Part shown: piece by piece, positions 25,937 through 37,984 of the stretch
Numbering within the stretch: position 1 is the stretch's first letter
Layout of the letters: the number at the start of each line of letters is the position of its first letter
Assembly (NCBI RefSeq): GCF_964204645.1
Contig: NC_134027.1
Coordinates: forward strand, 6,604,485-6,668,484
Reading direction: 5' to 3'
DNA from: Tubulanus polymorphus
Taxonomy: Eukaryota > Animalia > Nemertea
Length of the DNA: 64,000 nucleotides
Notes under the pieces: model-generated
What the model saw: the letters and a program-made list of their open reading frames with translations, nothing else
What the model was told of the DNA's origin: nothing
Databases searched by the model: none
Program-made: the position numbers and the translations under genes

Positions 25937-26593
25937 CAACACATGTACATCCAGTGTAAAAAATAAAGATATTTCTTATTTTATATAAAAATAGAGATTT
26001 TATTTTCCTTCAGTAGCAGAGATTCATGATTGTTATACTTCATTATAAAAACTTCAGGAAAACTTCTCCACCAGAAATAATACATCAATTTAAATACAAA
26101 TAACCTCTCAAGTGATGCGCTCTCAAGTGATTTGATTATTCTTCAGGTGAAGAATGTTTATCAAAGAAACAATTAAATTATTAAAGCTTTGTACATATAC
26201 CGGTATGTGTAATGGCTTTATTTATTACAATTCTTATTTGCCTGCAAGTACCGCTATTAGAAATACATATATCCCATTGTCGTTGATAACATTGCATTGC
26301 TGAAGCAAAATTTATACATAGAATAATATTGTAAATGTTTTAACAGAGCTGAAATATTTACAATAAACATTAAATAATCTTTAATTTGCGAACATAAATT
26401 ACCGTCATTACATCACGATGACTACCAATAGAAACACAAAAATATCTGTGACCGTGCATAATTTATCAATATATAAATAAAGCTCCAGTAAATTTGTACC
26501 AATTTGCCAGAATTAATATACCCCTGGAAATTGGGCAAGTTAACAGGCGCTACCAGTGGTTCCTAGACTAGAGCCCGAGCCGGTTGATAAGTT

Positions 26594-29500
26594 TTACATA
26601 GCATCAAAATGAAACTTCTGGGCTTCTTGTAACTTTTCAATCTTATCTTCTCTCTGAAATCAAGGATAAATGAAGTTCATTTTCAATCATGCTTATGAAA
26701 CTGCAATAAGATTTTACGATGAGAGGGATATTCTTACCTTTTCTCTCCAGTGCAGAATTCCAACAATTCCAGCCACAAACCCACAAGTTCCAATCAGTGT
26801 AGCACCTGTATACAAGACTTGTTTATCATGGAGTGGTGATATAAACAGCTTGGAGACCCATCTATAAACAGAAATGTCATGAACAATTAGCATTTTTTAT
26901 CCAGTCTGGTGAAGAGACATATTCGGTGTCCTACTATACTCACGATCCTGGTACGTCAATTGGATATGGAATTATAATTATCTGTGAATTTGGAATGATA
27001 CTCTTCCAAGTTTTTGTTCTTTTCTGAAAGAAGTATTTACGGATTACAATTTGGTTTTCTTTGAAAAATATACATCAGATACATGAGGAATTGTAATCAT
27101 AAAATGCAGAGATATGATGAGCATTGAAATACAATTCAAAGTAAACTAACCTCTTTCTTTGGTGATGAGATACCAACTCCTAGTGATTCAACGTAATTTG
27201 GTGTTTGACCAAGTCCGAACACAGTATATGGCATTTGTAGAGCGAAATGGGTTGATTGTGATAGCTGGCCCTCTAATGAAATAAAACCATAATGTATTAA
27301 ACATCTATAGAAAGAAGAAAGGCATGTAAATGCAATTATGACGTACCAACTCCTTTGAGTAAATTGCCTTCACTATCATAAATCATGTAGTTAATCGTCG
27401 GCCCGACAACATTTGTCCCTTGTGGCTGCAATGAATGATGTGACAAACACATTCAGTACCTAACAAATAGCTATAGGCTACACACTGGCAGAATTTTTCC
27501 ATTTAATTTGTTAGAAAATCGATTCCTTACTTGTTCCTTTCCAGGGCAATCATCTAAACATAAGCCATTCACCACTGCAAATGCAAATAATGGAAAACAA
27601 TAAGCTATTGATAAATAAAATTATGTTAATGGTGGAATGGTATTGCAATGAACTTTATAGCACCTGGCATAATTTGGTCCCATCATGGTGCATTTTATTA
27701 ATTCATACCTGTTACTTTGACAAAATATGCGTCTCCATTAAAAGTGTGATAAAAAGCATGAAGACCTCCTTTTGGTCCACTATTATGAAGAAATATGTCT
27801 AATATTCCCTGGGAAAATACATTACAGACATTACATTTCAATTTTTTTAAAATATCATAATGTTGTATACTTGTACGTATGAAATTGTTTCACTTACATT
27901 TTCATAGATATCAAAGAAAGCAGCAACATCCACATTCTGAACATTACTGAGAGCTGGTGTGTGCCATTCTGCTTGAAACGTTCGTCGGATTTTACTACAG
28001 GCCCTTGTTGTACAAGCAACATTATTCAATATGAATGCTTTCTGTTGTACTTTCCTAAATATAATATGCCATTTGATAACAATAATCATAATTGTAATGA
28101 TGATGATGATAATGAGATTCAAATAGTAGTTAACCCAGTTCAGCTGCTCAGGAACTGTATTACTCCTGAGGTGTACAGTCGACTATAGGCCTATATGCTC
28201 TTACCCTTTGTTTTCTGTCCGTAACACCGCCAAAATATCTGGGTAGCCATCTAGATTAAAGTCACCCAGTCTCAAAGTGATGGGTATTCTTGGTTCAGTG
28301 GAAATCTTAGTTTTAGGTAGAGCAAAACCCCATGTCTGACCAGCTTCATCGGCTGGTATGGACTCCATCATCAAGCTCCAACTCCATTCACCCTAAAGTA
28401 AATTAGGTAAAACGTTTAAAGAGACTAGCAGGGATAACTGATAGAGATAACAATAGAGATTGAGATGCAGTTTTATCCATCAAAAGTATTCGGTACCTCA
28501 CTTGCTTGTTGAGAATGAACATATATCTGTGATTGATTACAATCTTTATCCAAGCACACCGGCAACAAATGATCAATCAATCCATCACCATCTGTAACAA
28601 GTATTTATGGCACAGGCGTTAATTGTAATCTTAAAGCTAAAAAGAATTGGCTATGTGTCTTTGAAGAGACTTACTGATGTCGATGAAAGCTGACTGGCCA
28701 ACTTGTTTTATTCCGTTGGTAGGCAATGAAATATCGGTGGAATTTTTCACAAAATTCCCATCCTAAAATCGCAAATTTTATTTGAAATCATGTTTGTACC
28801 AGTAGATATCGAACTATACTTGCAACTTAAAAATGAAAACCAATATGAAAAATGATTTGAGATCTATAGTGGCTTTTGACAACATTCATCCATACCTTAT
28901 TAATCCAATATTCAAATCTTATATGCTCATTGCCAGTGGCCTTATCTTCAACAGTCACCATCATATCTGAAAGGCCAATGCCAATATAGTTCACTAGATG
29001 AGAGTTCATTAATAGACCTATTGTAAAGCAATTAATTAAGCATAGAAAAATAGAATACCTGGAATGAGATCATTATTAAGATCAATAAAAGCGTTACAAC
29101 TCGGAAACTTGAAAGGAGCCATTGGCTTTCCTGGAAATTTTTCCATAGTGAAATTCCGGTGTCCTTTCCTGAAAAAAGGGAGCATAGAGCAAGAATAAAA
29201 ATAAACTGAAATATAGCTCCCAGGTTATTACAATGAATTATCCGCTGATGCACCTACTTTCCGCGCCAAACTCGCCGCATTCCACTCGAAATTTCACCAA
29301 ATATGTCAGTCACCATATCTCCATCATAACTGAAAATTCAATTTTGATGTCATAGTATCTCATCGTACGAAAAATAATAATTAGAGCGAATAGATATTGT
29401 TCATCGATCATAATCTCCATGGCTTACTCAAGTAATGATGGCTGATCTCTCAGCATTTGTGGCAATCTGTAGCGACCCTCTGAAAAAGATATGTAGCCTG

Positions 29501-31278
29501 TAGAAATTTTATGCTGAAGAACCAGTTTGGCCATTCACCTGTACCCTCTGCCACATTCACACAAATTAAAGTTTTCATTTCCATCAAAGAAGTGAACGAG
29601 CTTCAGATGTATCATTTTTGCTTAAACAGATTGATAAATGCATAGCTATACATACGAACACGATATCCAGTGTCAGTTCCCCAGTAAATATCTACAATTA
29701 CGGCATCTGGATTTTGATGTGATTGCCTGGTAATGAGAGTATCAGTGTGACCATCCCCATCAAAATCCGACGGCATTACACTAGTTATTCTTGTGTCTTT
29801 AGTTTCAGCATCGTCATTTTCGATCAACGTTTGTCTGAAATATTTTCCCTCCTTTTGACCGGCGACTAGTAGAACGCTTGTTCCTATATTGTACAAATGG
29901 TTGTTCATCAACATTACCAAGTAAGAACTTCTTCAAAAGAATAATATACCACAGGCACTTGAATATAGGCTTTGATAATGGAGAAATATTCAATAATTCA
30001 CCAGTGATATGTTATTCCTATTTCAATCATCTGCCAGGTTTCATAAAGAATTTATCAATGGTGCAACTATCTATACCAATACAAAAAGTAGGAGATGATC
30101 CTATCTCTGTAATGCTTAAATCTACCCGCAAAACTCGGAACAGCCAAACACTGCCGACGATTACCGAAGTATCAATATTTTTCTGAAATATGAGGAGCAC
30201 CAATAATTCCAATCCTATATAATTAATTATTAGACAATATAAACACTGTTTAAGTACTGTTCAAGATTATAAAATAATCAACATAATTGATCTTTATAAA
30301 TTTGCAGGAAGTATTACCACCAAATGCGTAGCAAGAGCGCTGTGTAGGAAATAACCCAATGCCTCTTTAGGATTGCTGTGATGTCAGCTGTTGGTAGTTT
30401 AGTGGGTAGATTTAAGCATTACCGAGATTGGAGCATTTCCTGCCTTTCTGTAATAGTAATAAGCATTTAGTACAGATAGATGCACATTGGATCATCGGTA
30501 AAACAGTTGTACCATAGTAAGATAGTTAAGACGGTGAACCTGATGAATTTCTTTTTTAAAAGTTCATAATTTTCAACACTCCAACAAGCTAAAATTCCAT
30601 ATTCAAGTGCCTGTGAATATACTGACATTGTTAGTTACGAATTACGAAGCCACCCAAAAAAATCGACCAAAATCTGATAATACTACTATTATAAGTAACA
30701 AAGTGGCTATTTTTACGTCGCCCGTAAGAATTTTACTTCCGGCTATATTTACGTCCGGGAAGGGATAGGTTTTTAGGGTAAGGTGAGGCTATATGTAGTT
30801 AAAACATTTGGCCGACTGTCAGCGAGCTCGGTGGTCTAGTGGTATGATGCTGCGCTAGTAATTTACTGGCCAGGGTTCGAGTCTCGCTCGATCCGCTCTA
30901 TTTTTCTCTAACTCTATTCTCCACACTTTCCTTGAATTTTCTAAGTCGCGCACCTCTGTACGCATGCGCGTCAGTTATTAGCGTACAGATCGCAGTTCCA
31001 TAGGTACGGATGTAAATATAGCCGGCAGTTAATTCTTACGAGCGACGTAAGAATAGCCACTTCGTCTTCGTATAATATAACGTAAAGACAAAGTACGTAC
31101 CATTATTTGTAATCACCAATAAATCTGCGTTTTTATCACCAGTGAAGTCCGCAAATGCGGCCAAAATACCATTATCAATTCCTCCTAATAGAGAACTCGT
31201 AACATCATTCAACCCTCCCTCCACTACCAATACGAGAGAAGCGCAGACTATCAACGAAAGTAATTTTTTTCTAGTCAT
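26594..31278 (-). CDS. ITFG1: T-cell immunomodulatory protein / LINKIN (FG-GAP repeat membrane protein), multi-exon
   Basis: Signal peptide MTRKKLLSLIVCASLVLVVEG, then AAFADFTGDKNADL, PSDFDGDGHTDTL, LGDFNLDGYPD, FGLGQTPNYV, a TM segment and the conserved C-terminus EAQKFHFDAM* (stop 26594-26596). Confidence 0.95.
30085..30447. mobile_element. Degenerate MITE (inverted repeat) in ITFG1 intron 1
   Basis: GTAATGCTTAAATCTACCC (about 30109) is inverted at about 30404 (GGGTAGATTTAAGCATTAC), with further flanking similarity. Confidence 0.5.
30698..31065. mobile_element. MITE with about 58-bp TIRs carrying a tRNA-derived segment, ITFG1 intron 1
   Basis: AAGTGGCTATTTTTACGTCGCCCGTAAGAATT..CCGGCTATATTTAC is inverted as GTAAATATAGCCGG..AATTCTTACGAGCGACGTAAGAATAGCCACTT. 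Confidence 0.75.
30822..30896 (+). pseudogene. tRNA-derived (tRNA-Pro-like) pseudogene or SINE head
   Basis: GCTCGGTGGTCTAGTGGTATGATGCTGCGCT resembles the 5' half of tRNA-Pro (A box) and GGGTTCGAGTC is a B box; the anticodon and acceptor stems do not pair well. Confidence 0.6.
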
Positions 31279-32036
31279 TTTGTAGAAATTTGACAACCCG
31301 GAAGTAAATGAATGATGGCTGTCTGCAGAGTTTCCAGAACCTGTCATACAGGTCTTACCTGTCATGTCAGGTCCCGAAAAAACCCAAACTCACAACAATA
31401 TTTGACGAAACGGCGAAATATCTAGGCATGTGCTAGACGAATGGAAGAACATTTTGAGTTAAATGAATATTCTGATCAGTCGTAAATATCGAAAATGATT
31501 CAACATTAACGTTAAGGAAAATGTTCTGACTAATAATTCATTTGAAAGGTTGATTTATAAGAAGAAAATATTTATGTGTAAAATGACTTATTTCTGTATT
31601 AAACTTAAAGGGAAAAAATAAGTTTCAGGCATAGATGAATTAATTAATGTAGAAGTAAGGGGATATTTTCGATAGCTGAATCGAGGTCTTGATATTTCGT
31701 TTCCGCAATAAGAAACTGAAAAATATCTGCTCACTATTATGGAATACTATGGAATACCTCAAGGGCCATACGACTTACGAGTTACGTTTTACGAGTTACG
31801 ATTTACGTTTTACGAGTTACTTATACATTTCCTTGAATATTCGTTACGACTTCCGTTTTATGAGTTACGAATTACAACGAAAATACGTTTTACGAATTAC
31901 GAGTTACGATTTACGAGTTAGGTGTTGGAGTTTCGGTTCGCAAGAGTTCAAGGACAGTGGCCATGTGGTAGGCATTTCACTGTGTGGGTGTAATTATTAG
32001 ACGAATAACTGTAACGATGATGGATGGCTGTATGCA

Positions 32037-32273
32037 ATGAGGAGAGAATCCCACAATGATAATAAAAAGTCCGAAAATGAAACTTCGAGATAGTAGTTTA
32101 TTTCAACGTTTCGACTATATCCTAATAGTCCTTATTCCTGAAGATGACTATTAGGATATAGTCGAAACGTTGAAATAAACTACTATCTCGAAGTTTCATT
32201 TTCGGACTTTTTATTATCATTGTGGGATTCTCTCCTCATCGCGTCAACACGGATATTGTGTTCTACCTATCGT
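32037..32273 (+). mobile_element. Penelope-like retroelement remnant: 94-bp perfect palindrome with minimal hammerhead ribozyme
   Basis: Arms 32037-32130 and 32146-32239; 14-bp direct repeat GATGGCTGTATGCA at 32023-32036 and 32274-32287; hammerhead core CTGAAGA-T-GACTAT..ATAGTC-GAAAC. Confidence 0.75.
32131..32177 (+). ncRNA. Minimal type I hammerhead ribozyme motif
   Basis: CTGAAGA (32138-32144), 6-bp stem II GACTAT/ATAGTC, GAAAC (32164-32168), loopless palindromic stem III (AACGTT), stem I TTATTC/GAAATAA. Confidence 0.6.
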
Positions 32274-32695
32274 GATGGCTGTATGCAGCCCAGTGTTTTC
32301 AAAAAATAAATACATTTTTTCTAAATTGATGAATCTTGTTCTAATTATCAAAATCATTTCCAGCTAAGATCTATTGAAATATCGTCTATTAAAATCATCG
32401 TGCACGTAACGGGACAGTCATCAGTCAGTGTGAAATGTATTGTCAGCATTTAATAGATTTTGAGAAGGTTCGCACAGCAGATGGCCAACGCGCAGATTTT
32501 TTGCCCTGTAATAGACCACTGCAGTCGAGATTGATTCACTATGTACAATAAATTACTCTTATCATGCTGTTTGAAATGACAATTCGACTTCATTTTGAAA
32601 CCCGTTCTTTGAATTACGCGCTTCGGATATCCGAAGCCAATTAGTGAAAAACGTGTAATTCGTAAAACGTAAGTCGTAAATCGTAAGTCGTAACG

Positions 32696-34695
32696 TATGG
32701 AAGACCTCAGACGACATACAAGATATGAGATATAACATACGAGATATGAGATGCAACATACGAGATACGACATATGACATACGAGATACGACTTATTTAC
32801 AGTACGGGTGTCCGTCTGCTGGCGCCACCGCAGTGTATGTTTTTTCAATATTTACTGCATATAAATCGTTTAACATGGTGACGCGTACAGTCATCGTCAA
32901 TTATATGAAAACCAACATAGTCAACATTTTATTCAAACCAGAAATAGATTTCTTTTGGATAATGGACACCTGGACCGGACACAACGATATTAGGCCATAC
33001 TGTGAACACCCTGGACTAGGCGCGCCGCCGGCCGTTCCTCTCCCGCGGGCGACGAAAAGTTTTTCAAATCACAAAACTAAAAAGATATCAAACTGTTCAA
33101 GTTCATAATATTATGCTATTTCTTGTCTTCCTTTGGTCTTAAAACGGCCTGGTGTTCAGGAGCCGGGGTTCCGGTTACTCAATGCCTGCAGAAAACTACT
33201 GTTCACCGCCCGCCGTAACCGCCTGCTTTTCTGCATCAGAAATCAAAATTCTAAAAAAAACTCCGCAGCCGGAAATCCCGGCCCCCTTGTACCCCTCCTC
33301 CGCTGTTTGACACCCCTGCCTGAGTTCTTGAATCCCAAACAACCTGGGAACCCGTACATCGCCCTGGTATCCAGATTAAGAACTCCCGTGCTCTCTCTCA
33401 AGGTTTGAAATCCCCAGCTAAATTCCATCCCTATCGAGCTACTGGGGCAGACTGGTGAGTCCACTAGACCAGCCATTGAGAGTCGAGACTGGCCAGTTTT
33501 CGCTAACCGCCAGGGCAGTATGCGGTACTGTCTTTCTGAAGCCATAGTCTGGGGTCCTCCCCTGAAAATTTGTTCAATTTAGGTACTTGTGTATTCTGAG
33601 TGCTTTTTGGCTATCTTTCTTTTCTGACATCTTTCATGAAAAGGGCCAATGGCTGAATCTGAATAACTTTCATAATCGGAGAATCCAATTTAAGATCATT
33701 TTTATCAATTGTCATGGCCAGTTTTAAAACTGTTTATTGACAAAAGTACAGGAACCACATAAATAAGTCTTCAGCAAAACACAACAGCTCTTACATTTGT
33801 AAAGATAAGAGATCCATGGAAATATCAAGTAACATTTCTTTAGACAGGGGAATTAGCGGAACACCGGAACGTTGCTCGTATGGTGCGTTTGCACCCGTCG
33901 CAAAAAACGTCGTGATAAATGAAATCAGCTGGACTAGGGCCAGGAGCTGAGAGTGATACAATGGAACTCCATTCTGATATTTAATGAATAATTCATTCAA
34001 TAGATCTATGTTATCTTTAGTATTTTTAATTCATGTCCATGTTTCAATTCATTCGTTGAAATCATAGTACACTAAACACAGATTCCGCGTGTGTCGGACT
34101 TTTTTTTTAACTCTTTGGTCATCGGCATTCGTAATATACATACATCTTTCATTCTTCATCGAAAACCCTCGATCGAACGCGAAGTTTAAACCCTTGACTA
34201 GGCGCAATTCTTAGTGACCACCAATTTGAAGGGGCCATGGCTAACTCTTTTTGAGGGATTTTTGTACACTAAAAAATGAAATTTGAGGCGTTTTTGGTGG
34301 ATTTAGGGGCTGTAGCCCTGTATTTGGAGCCAACTCGAATCACCGGACCATCGGTGTCTCACACTAACAGTGGCCGCCCACTGACGTCACAGCGAGAAGC
34401 CGGTCCCCGGGAGTGGTTGATCAAATATTTTTAAATGTTTTTCGTTTCAAATGAAACGTTTTTCGCATATTGATATTCATAGTTAATGTATACGCCACTG
34501 CCTGCGCACGTGTCGTAGTATACGCCGCAACGCCGAGTAGATGTTGGAAAATATACACTGCGGTGGCGCTAGCGGACGGACACCCGTACTGTAAATAAGT
34601 CGTATCTCGTATGTCATATGTCGTATCTCGTATGTTGCATCTCATATCTCGTATGTTATATCTCATATCTCGTATATCGTCTGAGGTCTTCCATA
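32696..34695. mobile_element. Non-autonomous TIR DNA transposon (IS3EU-like), inner element inserted in the right TIR of the outer element
   Basis: About 150-bp TIRs beginning TATGGAAGACCTCAGACGA and ending TCGTCTGAGGTCTTCCATA, with ATACGAG-type heptamers; 6-bp TSD GTAACG at 32690-32695 and 34696-34701. Mirror ORFs 32725+ and 34666- reflect the TIRs. Confidence 0.88.
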
Positions 34696-34924
34696 GTAAC
34701 GTATTGTAGGAAATGTATTAGTAACTCGTAAATCGTAACTCGTAAAACGTAACTCGTAAGTCGTATGGCCCTTGAGGTATTCCATACACTATCACAGTGC
34801 GCCGGCATCACTCCTCACTGTCCCGAAGTCTCACTATTTATATTCATTGATGTTCATGTAAAAGAGCCGAATGCAATATAGAGACTGATTTTAAATCAAC
34901 TCATCAATTTAAAGCAAATTTGAA

Positions 34925-35265
34925 ATTTTTCTTTCTATTTATATCAGTTTTAATGCAGACCTGTCACCACAGGTCGCGAGAAATTCTGCAAAATGGCGCG
35001 AGCTGCCGTGTGAGGTCTCGCTTCAAAATTATTGCTTTACAGTAACTTAAGATTTAATCTATCTATGGTAAGCAATATATATTATACTCATTACTATAAT
35101 GAGACCAAAAAAATTAAAGTTTTCCTTCATTTCATCAGTTTAATAATGCAGACCTGTCACCACAGGTCTAGAGACGCTCTGCAAAATGGCGCGAGCTGCC
35201 GTGTGAGGTCTCGCTTCAAAACTTGTTTTATGTAACTTAAGATTAACCATATCCATGGTAAGAAA
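34925..35265 (+). repeat. Tandem duplication (2 copies, about 190-bp period) containing a YY1-type AAAATGGCG motif and a GTAAG donor
   Basis: GCAGACCTGTCACCACAGGTC...CTGCAAAATGGCGCGAGCTGCCGTGTGAGGTCTCGCTTCAAAA occurs at about 34955 and 35148. Confidence 0.8.
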
Positions 35266-35433
35266 TTTTTTTTTATGGCCTTATTAAAGTTCCACGATAT
35301 TGTTTAGCTGGCTACTGGCGTGTATTCAACCCGGCAGTAGAACCTTTTCATTCAACTTCTACTTTATAAACCCCCAAAATTTTCTAGTTTCTATTTATCT
35401 GAGTTGACCTCATTACCTGAACTACATTGAATG

Positions 35434-35540
35434 TGATTGGCTGTTTGTTTGATATACCGGAAATTCCGGGAACTTCTGATGTAATTGGGAAAGCCCCATT
35501 GGGAAAACCCAATGTGGAACCCAAAACAAAATGGCGAGCA
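35434..35540 (+). promoter_or_regulatory. Putative promoter: inverted CCAAT box, four kB-like sites, YY1 motif
   Basis: GATTGG (about 35435); GGAAATTCC 35459, GGGAACTTCT 35468, GGGAAAGCCCC 35487, GGGAAAACCC 35501; AAAATGGCG about 35528; donor AG|GTATCG at 35555. Confidence 0.5.
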
Positions 35541-35614
35541 TTTCATTCGACTAGGTATCGTATGTTCGCTTATAATATGTTCGGTGTTACGAATATAACC
35601 GAGTAGGCTATTCT

Positions 35615-37510
35615 AGGTATATCATTTATGGAAATTATTATGATAAATTCTAAATGAAATATTTTGTCATTACAGGATATCTTCTTTTAATCATTGCAGC
35701 TAAATTTCAACTATGAGAAAAACCCAGTTTGAGATCAACTACTCGTCTAAAATCGACCAACTGGAACAGTGCACAGATGAGGCCAACTAACTAACCAACT
35801 AATAGGATAATCGCCGATTACCAAGCAATCATAAAAGGTAACTTGATATACATGGAATTATTTCGATAAATTCTAAATGAAATATTTTTTCATTACAGGA
35901 TATCTTCTTTTAATCATTGCAGCTAAATTTCAACTATGAGAAAAACCCAGTTTGAGATCAACTACTCGTCTAAAATCGACCAACTGGAACAGTGCACAGA
36001 TGAGGCCAACTAACTAACCAACTAATAGGATAATCGCCGATTACCAAGCAATCATAAAAGGTAACTTGATATACATGGAATTATTTCGATAAATTCTAAA
36101 TGAAATATTTTTTCATTACAGGATATCTTCTTTTAATCATTGCAGCTAAATTTCAACTATGAGAAAAACCCAGTTTCAGATCAACTACTCGTCCAAAATC
36201 GACTAACTGGAACAGTGCACAGATGAGGCCAACTTACTAACCAATTAATAAGATAATCGCCGATTATGAAACCAGCAATCATAAAAGGTAACTTGATATA
36301 TGTGGAATTATGTCGATAAATTCTAAATGAAATATTTTGTCATTACAGGATATCTTTGCTCATTTCAGCTAAATCCTATCTATATGAAACTGCCCAGCTT
36401 TAAATCAACGACTTATCAAATATCTACAGATAAGCTCCGCCCACTGAACAATCCAAGCTTGAATCAAATGCATCAACCAATTGTTCTAACCGATACTGAA
36501 CCCAGCAAACTTGAAATGTAAGATGAGGCCAACTAGAATCCAATTTATCAACAAACAAACTTAAGATGATCCACGCCGATTACGAACCAAGCAATCATAA
36601 AAGGTAACTTGATATACATGAAATTATTTCGATAAATTCTAAATGAAATATTTTGTCATTACAGGATATCTACTTTTAATCATTGTAGCTAAATTTCAAC
36701 TATGAGAAAAACCCAGTTTGAGATCAACTACTCGTCCAAAATCGACTAACTGGAACAGTGCACAGATGAGGCCAACTAACTAACCAACTAATAGGATAAT
36801 CTCTGATAACAAACCAAGCAATCATAAAAGGTAACTTGATAGACATGGAATTATTTCGATAAATTCTAAATGAAATATTTTTTCATTACAGGATATCTTC
36901 TTTTAATCATTGCAGCTGAATTTCAACTATGAGAAAAACCCAGTTTGAGATCAACTACTCATCTAAAATCGACCAAACGGAACAGCACACAGATGAGGCC
37001 AACTAGAATCCAACTTATCAACAAACATACTTAAGATGATCCACGCCGATTACGAACCAAGCAATCATTAAAGGTAACTTGATATACATGAAATTATTTC
37101 GATAAATTCTAAATGAAATATTTTGTCATTACAGGATATCTTCTTTTAATCATTGCAGCTAAATTTCAGTTATGAGAAAAACCCAGTTTGAGATCAACTA
37201 CTCCTCCAAAATCGACCAACTGGAACAATGCACAGATAGGCCAACTAACTAACCAACTAATAGGATTATCACCGATAACCAAGCAATCATTAAAGGTAAC
37301 TTGATATACATGAAATTATTTCGATAAATTCTAAATGAAACATTTTGTCATTACAGGATATCTACTTTTAATCATTGCAGCTAAATTTCAACTATGAGAA
37401 AAATCCAGTTTGAGATCAACTACTCGTCCAAAATCTACAAACTGGAACGGTGCACAGAAAAGGCCAGAACTTAACCCAGCAATCTTTAAAGGTAAGTTGA
37501 TATACATGTA
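35615..37510 (+). repeat. Tandem array of 8 units (about 222-243 bp, one 315 bp), each an intron-like plus exon-like module
   Basis: Each unit carries TTTTAATCATTGCAG|CTAAAT (acceptor) and AAAG|GTAACTT (donor); donors at about 35838, 36061, 36288, 36604, 36831, 37074, 37296 and 37491. Confidence 0.9.
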
Positions 37511-37984
37511 ATTACCTGTATATAGAAATTTCAGTCCTCATATGAATATCATTTCATAAGTGGCTATCATCAAAATCTATTTACCGGTCCACATGGCTGA
37601 ACTTTTATCTTCACTAGTCTTAAACAGTGATGAACTAGTCCCACCTACTGCAATTAATTATTGGGGTTTAACTCAGCAATTGACGTCAATGAATTTTACT
37701 TTGTGTAAAACAGGGTGGCTTGTAATTTGAAATGACACGTAAATTATGATAAATCTGTCTGAAATGTTTTGCTTTCTTCACTTTGTTTCAGCCAAACTAC
37801 ATCTCGGAAAAATTGGGGGAATTATTATTGTCTGAAGAAGACACTCACAAGTAGATGAATACTGATCGACCCATTTGCTGATGAAAACTGCAGAAGTCCA
37901 GATGAAAAGTTGAGGAACCAGTTATGGATTAATCACTCAATGATGGATTCGACAATCGGCGGTTGATTTCTATAAAACATTAAA

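Larger units (their letters stand above)
31738..34786. mobile_element. Non-autonomous TIR DNA transposon (IS3EU-like), outer element of a nest
   Basis: Ends TATGGAATACCTCAAGGGCCATACGAC / GTCGTATGGCCCTTGAGGTATTCCATA with subterminal TTACGAG-type heptamer repeats; 6-bp TSD CACTAT at 31732-31737 and 34787-34792. Confidence 0.85.

Noticed and set aside
26650-26740. U12 intron in ITFG1 (ATCCTTGAT near the acceptor)
   Set aside because: The donor is an ordinary GTAAGA and the motif is too close to the AG
30822-30896. Functional tRNA gene
   Set aside because: Anticodon and acceptor stems do not pair properly, and it lies inside a MITE
31689-32000. ORFs with YELRFTS / RDTTYDI repeats (also 32450-33108 and 34421-34666)
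   Set aside because: Translations of heptamer repeats in transposon TIRs
35713-35790. Repeated 25-aa smORF MRKTQFEINYSSKIDQLEQCTDEAN in the tandem units (polycistronic peptide idea)
   Set aside because: Units 3 and 5 carry a premature TAA, unit 7 is frameshifted near the end and unit 4 is unrelated in frame, so the ORF shows no constraint
35615-37510. CRISPR array or snoRNA-host interpretation of the tandem repeat
   Set aside because: Eukaryotic context, whole units are repeated without unique spacers, and the introns have no C/D or H/ACA boxes
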